A DNA stretch of 64,000 nt from Monocercomonoides exilis PA203 (lineage: Eukaryota > Protista > Preaxostyla): assembly GCA_001643675.2 (NCBI GenBank), contig LSRY02000052.1, positions 496,001-560,000 on the forward strand, read 5' to 3'. Under the pieces are notes generated by a model that saw only the letters and a list, made by a program, of their open reading frames with translations, was not told where the DNA came from and did no database searches. Within the stretch, counting starts at the first letter, position 1, and each line of letters begins with the position of its first letter. Made by a program: the position numbers and the translations under genes. Of this stretch, positions 62,501-64,000 are shown one piece after another.

Positions 62501-63498
62501 CGCATCGCACAAGAGACAGATTCAACAGACAGAACACTTCTCTGCACTCATCGAGAATTCGCCAGCTTCCTCTTCCATTCACATTCGCCTTTGTTCATCC
62601 TAAAGCCAATTCTTATTCATCCTCTTCTTCTTCCTCTGCTGCTGCTAATTCTTCCTTCGTTTCAGCTCTGCGCACAAATAAAATTTCTGCCCGCCAAACG
62701 CTCTCAACAGGAGCAAGTTCTCTTTCTATGTATCCTCTCGTATGCTTTTCTGATCTTTATATGTTACTTCTTCCAACGCACATCCAGACATTCGACAGCA
62801 TCCCGCTCAATCAAGCAGCCTCGATGAAAATACGATCCTTGTCGTCTCTTTATTGGGGAGGAGTGCGATTGGCCAGCTCTCCAAACTCTGAATACAGCCT
62901 CAAGGAAATGAAAATGTATTATTCTCGAAGTTCGGATGATGTACCATCAGCATTCGCAACCGCTTCATCGTCTTCTTCAGCTCTGTCATCAATCAATACA
63001 GACAATCGTTCTTTTGCAGCTGAACAGCCATCTCAAAATGACAGAAGAGTAAATTTGGTGCCTCGTTCTCAGCATCATTCGAGGAAAACGCTCGATTTCT
63101 CTCTGCAGAACATTTCAAAGTTTATTGTTTCTCTTTGCGAGCCGGATAAAATAAACACGCTGAACGGGATAAGCTCGCCGATGGCAACAAATGAAAAGAT
63201 GATGGGATTGCCATTTCTCCGAATGATTATTTGCATAAGGTTGACTAATAACACTTTCTGTACGTTAAATGGAAATCCTGTTGATGATTCACTGCTTCAA
63301 TCTTCAAATATTCTTCGAATTCCTTTATCGGCAAGAAATTTCTTCTACAAAATTAAAAACAGCATTTTAGCAATACGAGAAGAATCAACCACTTTTCAAC
63401 TTCAAGGAATGCCAACTTCTAAAGCTACAGCAACACTTACCCCTCATTTTGATTCTTTTCATTCATTCTCTTACTTCAAACTTTGTTCAACATCTTAA
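41582..63498 (+). CDS. Highly divergent, oversized dynein heavy chain-like protein, join(41582..42166,42253..63498), ~7,276 aa; predicted ATPase-dead AAA1
   Basis: Collinear DHC landmarks: EFWCKR, RGLTAVTWQS, LGWVLINTSAFKQEL, EERHWSEL, PHFLRLTASELI, VYVFQC, LPDSLEMIFTPIVM, GPPGCGKN (AAA2), coiled-coil stalk with LLKWL, IGDCIFTAANF, PLIIDP, PSWL...W, FQRLLLIIAFRPDR, WIVFSGLYL, FLLVCFHSLL, PEAFLVS. Confidence 0.85.
42167..42252 (+). other. Spliceosomal intron of DHC-like gene (86 nt, phase 0)
   Basis: GTATGC...AT-rich...GTGATTTAG. Removal joins the 41582 frame to the 42304 frame. Confidence 0.85.
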
Positions 63499-63678
63499 AA
63501 GAAATTGTTTTATTGTTATTAGTTATTTTTTAAAACTACATTTTCGTTATTTATGAATATGTAAAAGTGTATTTATTGATATTTAATGATCAAATTCTCC
63601 AACATAAAATTTTATTTATTAACTAAAAGTTAACTTTTTAACAAAAAAACATTCTTGCATGTAAACAATCATGCACAT

Positions 63679-64000
63679 ATGTTATATATCTTATTGATGG
63701 TGATGTCTGCGCATGCAGAGTTATTTGTGCCTCTTAATGCCGATTCCTCTGCCTCAAATTTTTTTGAGCAGTGTTTTTCGCATGCATTATTTCGCAAAAC
63801 TTCATTTATCAATAAAAATGTTAACGCATCAACTGTTTTTATTCTTCATGCATTCCATCATTTAAATTCTTCGGTTAATTTTGTTAATTCAGTTTTTTCT
63901 CTTCAAGAAAATTCATCATTCATATTTGACCACTAAAATGCTCAACATCATTTAAAGCATGCTTCGTCTGCTTTAAAAATATTGTGAACAATTCTCCATT
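63679..64000 (+). CDS. Probable 5' end of another secreted or surface protein gene (signal peptide), with an apparent frameshift near 63934; runs off the window
   Basis: ATG gives MLYILLMVMSAHA. After TAA 63934-36 another frame continues open (KCSTSFKACFVCFKNIVNNSP) to the window end. Confidence 0.4.

Noticed and set aside
1-64000. CRISPR arrays, tRNA/rRNA genes, telomeric repeats, stop-codon reassignment
   Set aside because: No repeat-spacer periodicity, cloverleaf, rRNA motif or TTAGGG array was seen by eye. In-frame stops occur only in introns and decayed elements.

Overview
AT-rich eukaryotic genomic DNA in the standard genetic code, with short GT-AG introns and Ser-rich proteins. The style fits an oxymonad such as Monocercomonoides, but that is inference. 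Contents, in order: (1) a 4-exon, ~3,636-aa receptor-like TKL kinase (365..11472) with a beta-trefoil-like N-terminus, Ig/filamin-like repeats, one TM helix and a kinase domain split by a ~296-aa insert; (2) a decayed Merlin/IS1595-type transposase interrupted by a 238-bp GGG...CCC MITE with a 4-bp ATTT target duplication; (3) a ~21-kb palindrome (13598..34577) whose ~10.4-kb near-identical arms each carry a ~3,030-aa Pmp-like surface receptor with a C-terminal pseudokinase, arranged tail-to-tail around a ~213-bp imperfect hairpin core; (4) a pseudogene fragment of the same receptor family between possible TIRs; (5) a nest of related MITEs containing a second, 788-bp palindrome with the same perfect-arms/imperfect-core design; (6) a 2-exon, ~7,276-aa dynein heavy chain-like gene whose AAA1, AAA3 and AAA4 P-loops are lost; (7) the probable 5' end of another secreted or surface protein gene. 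The strongest candidates for new biology are hairpin-core-seeded inverted duplication acting on a surface-receptor family, the motor-dead giant dynein, and a Sola-like MITE family with ATNT target duplications.
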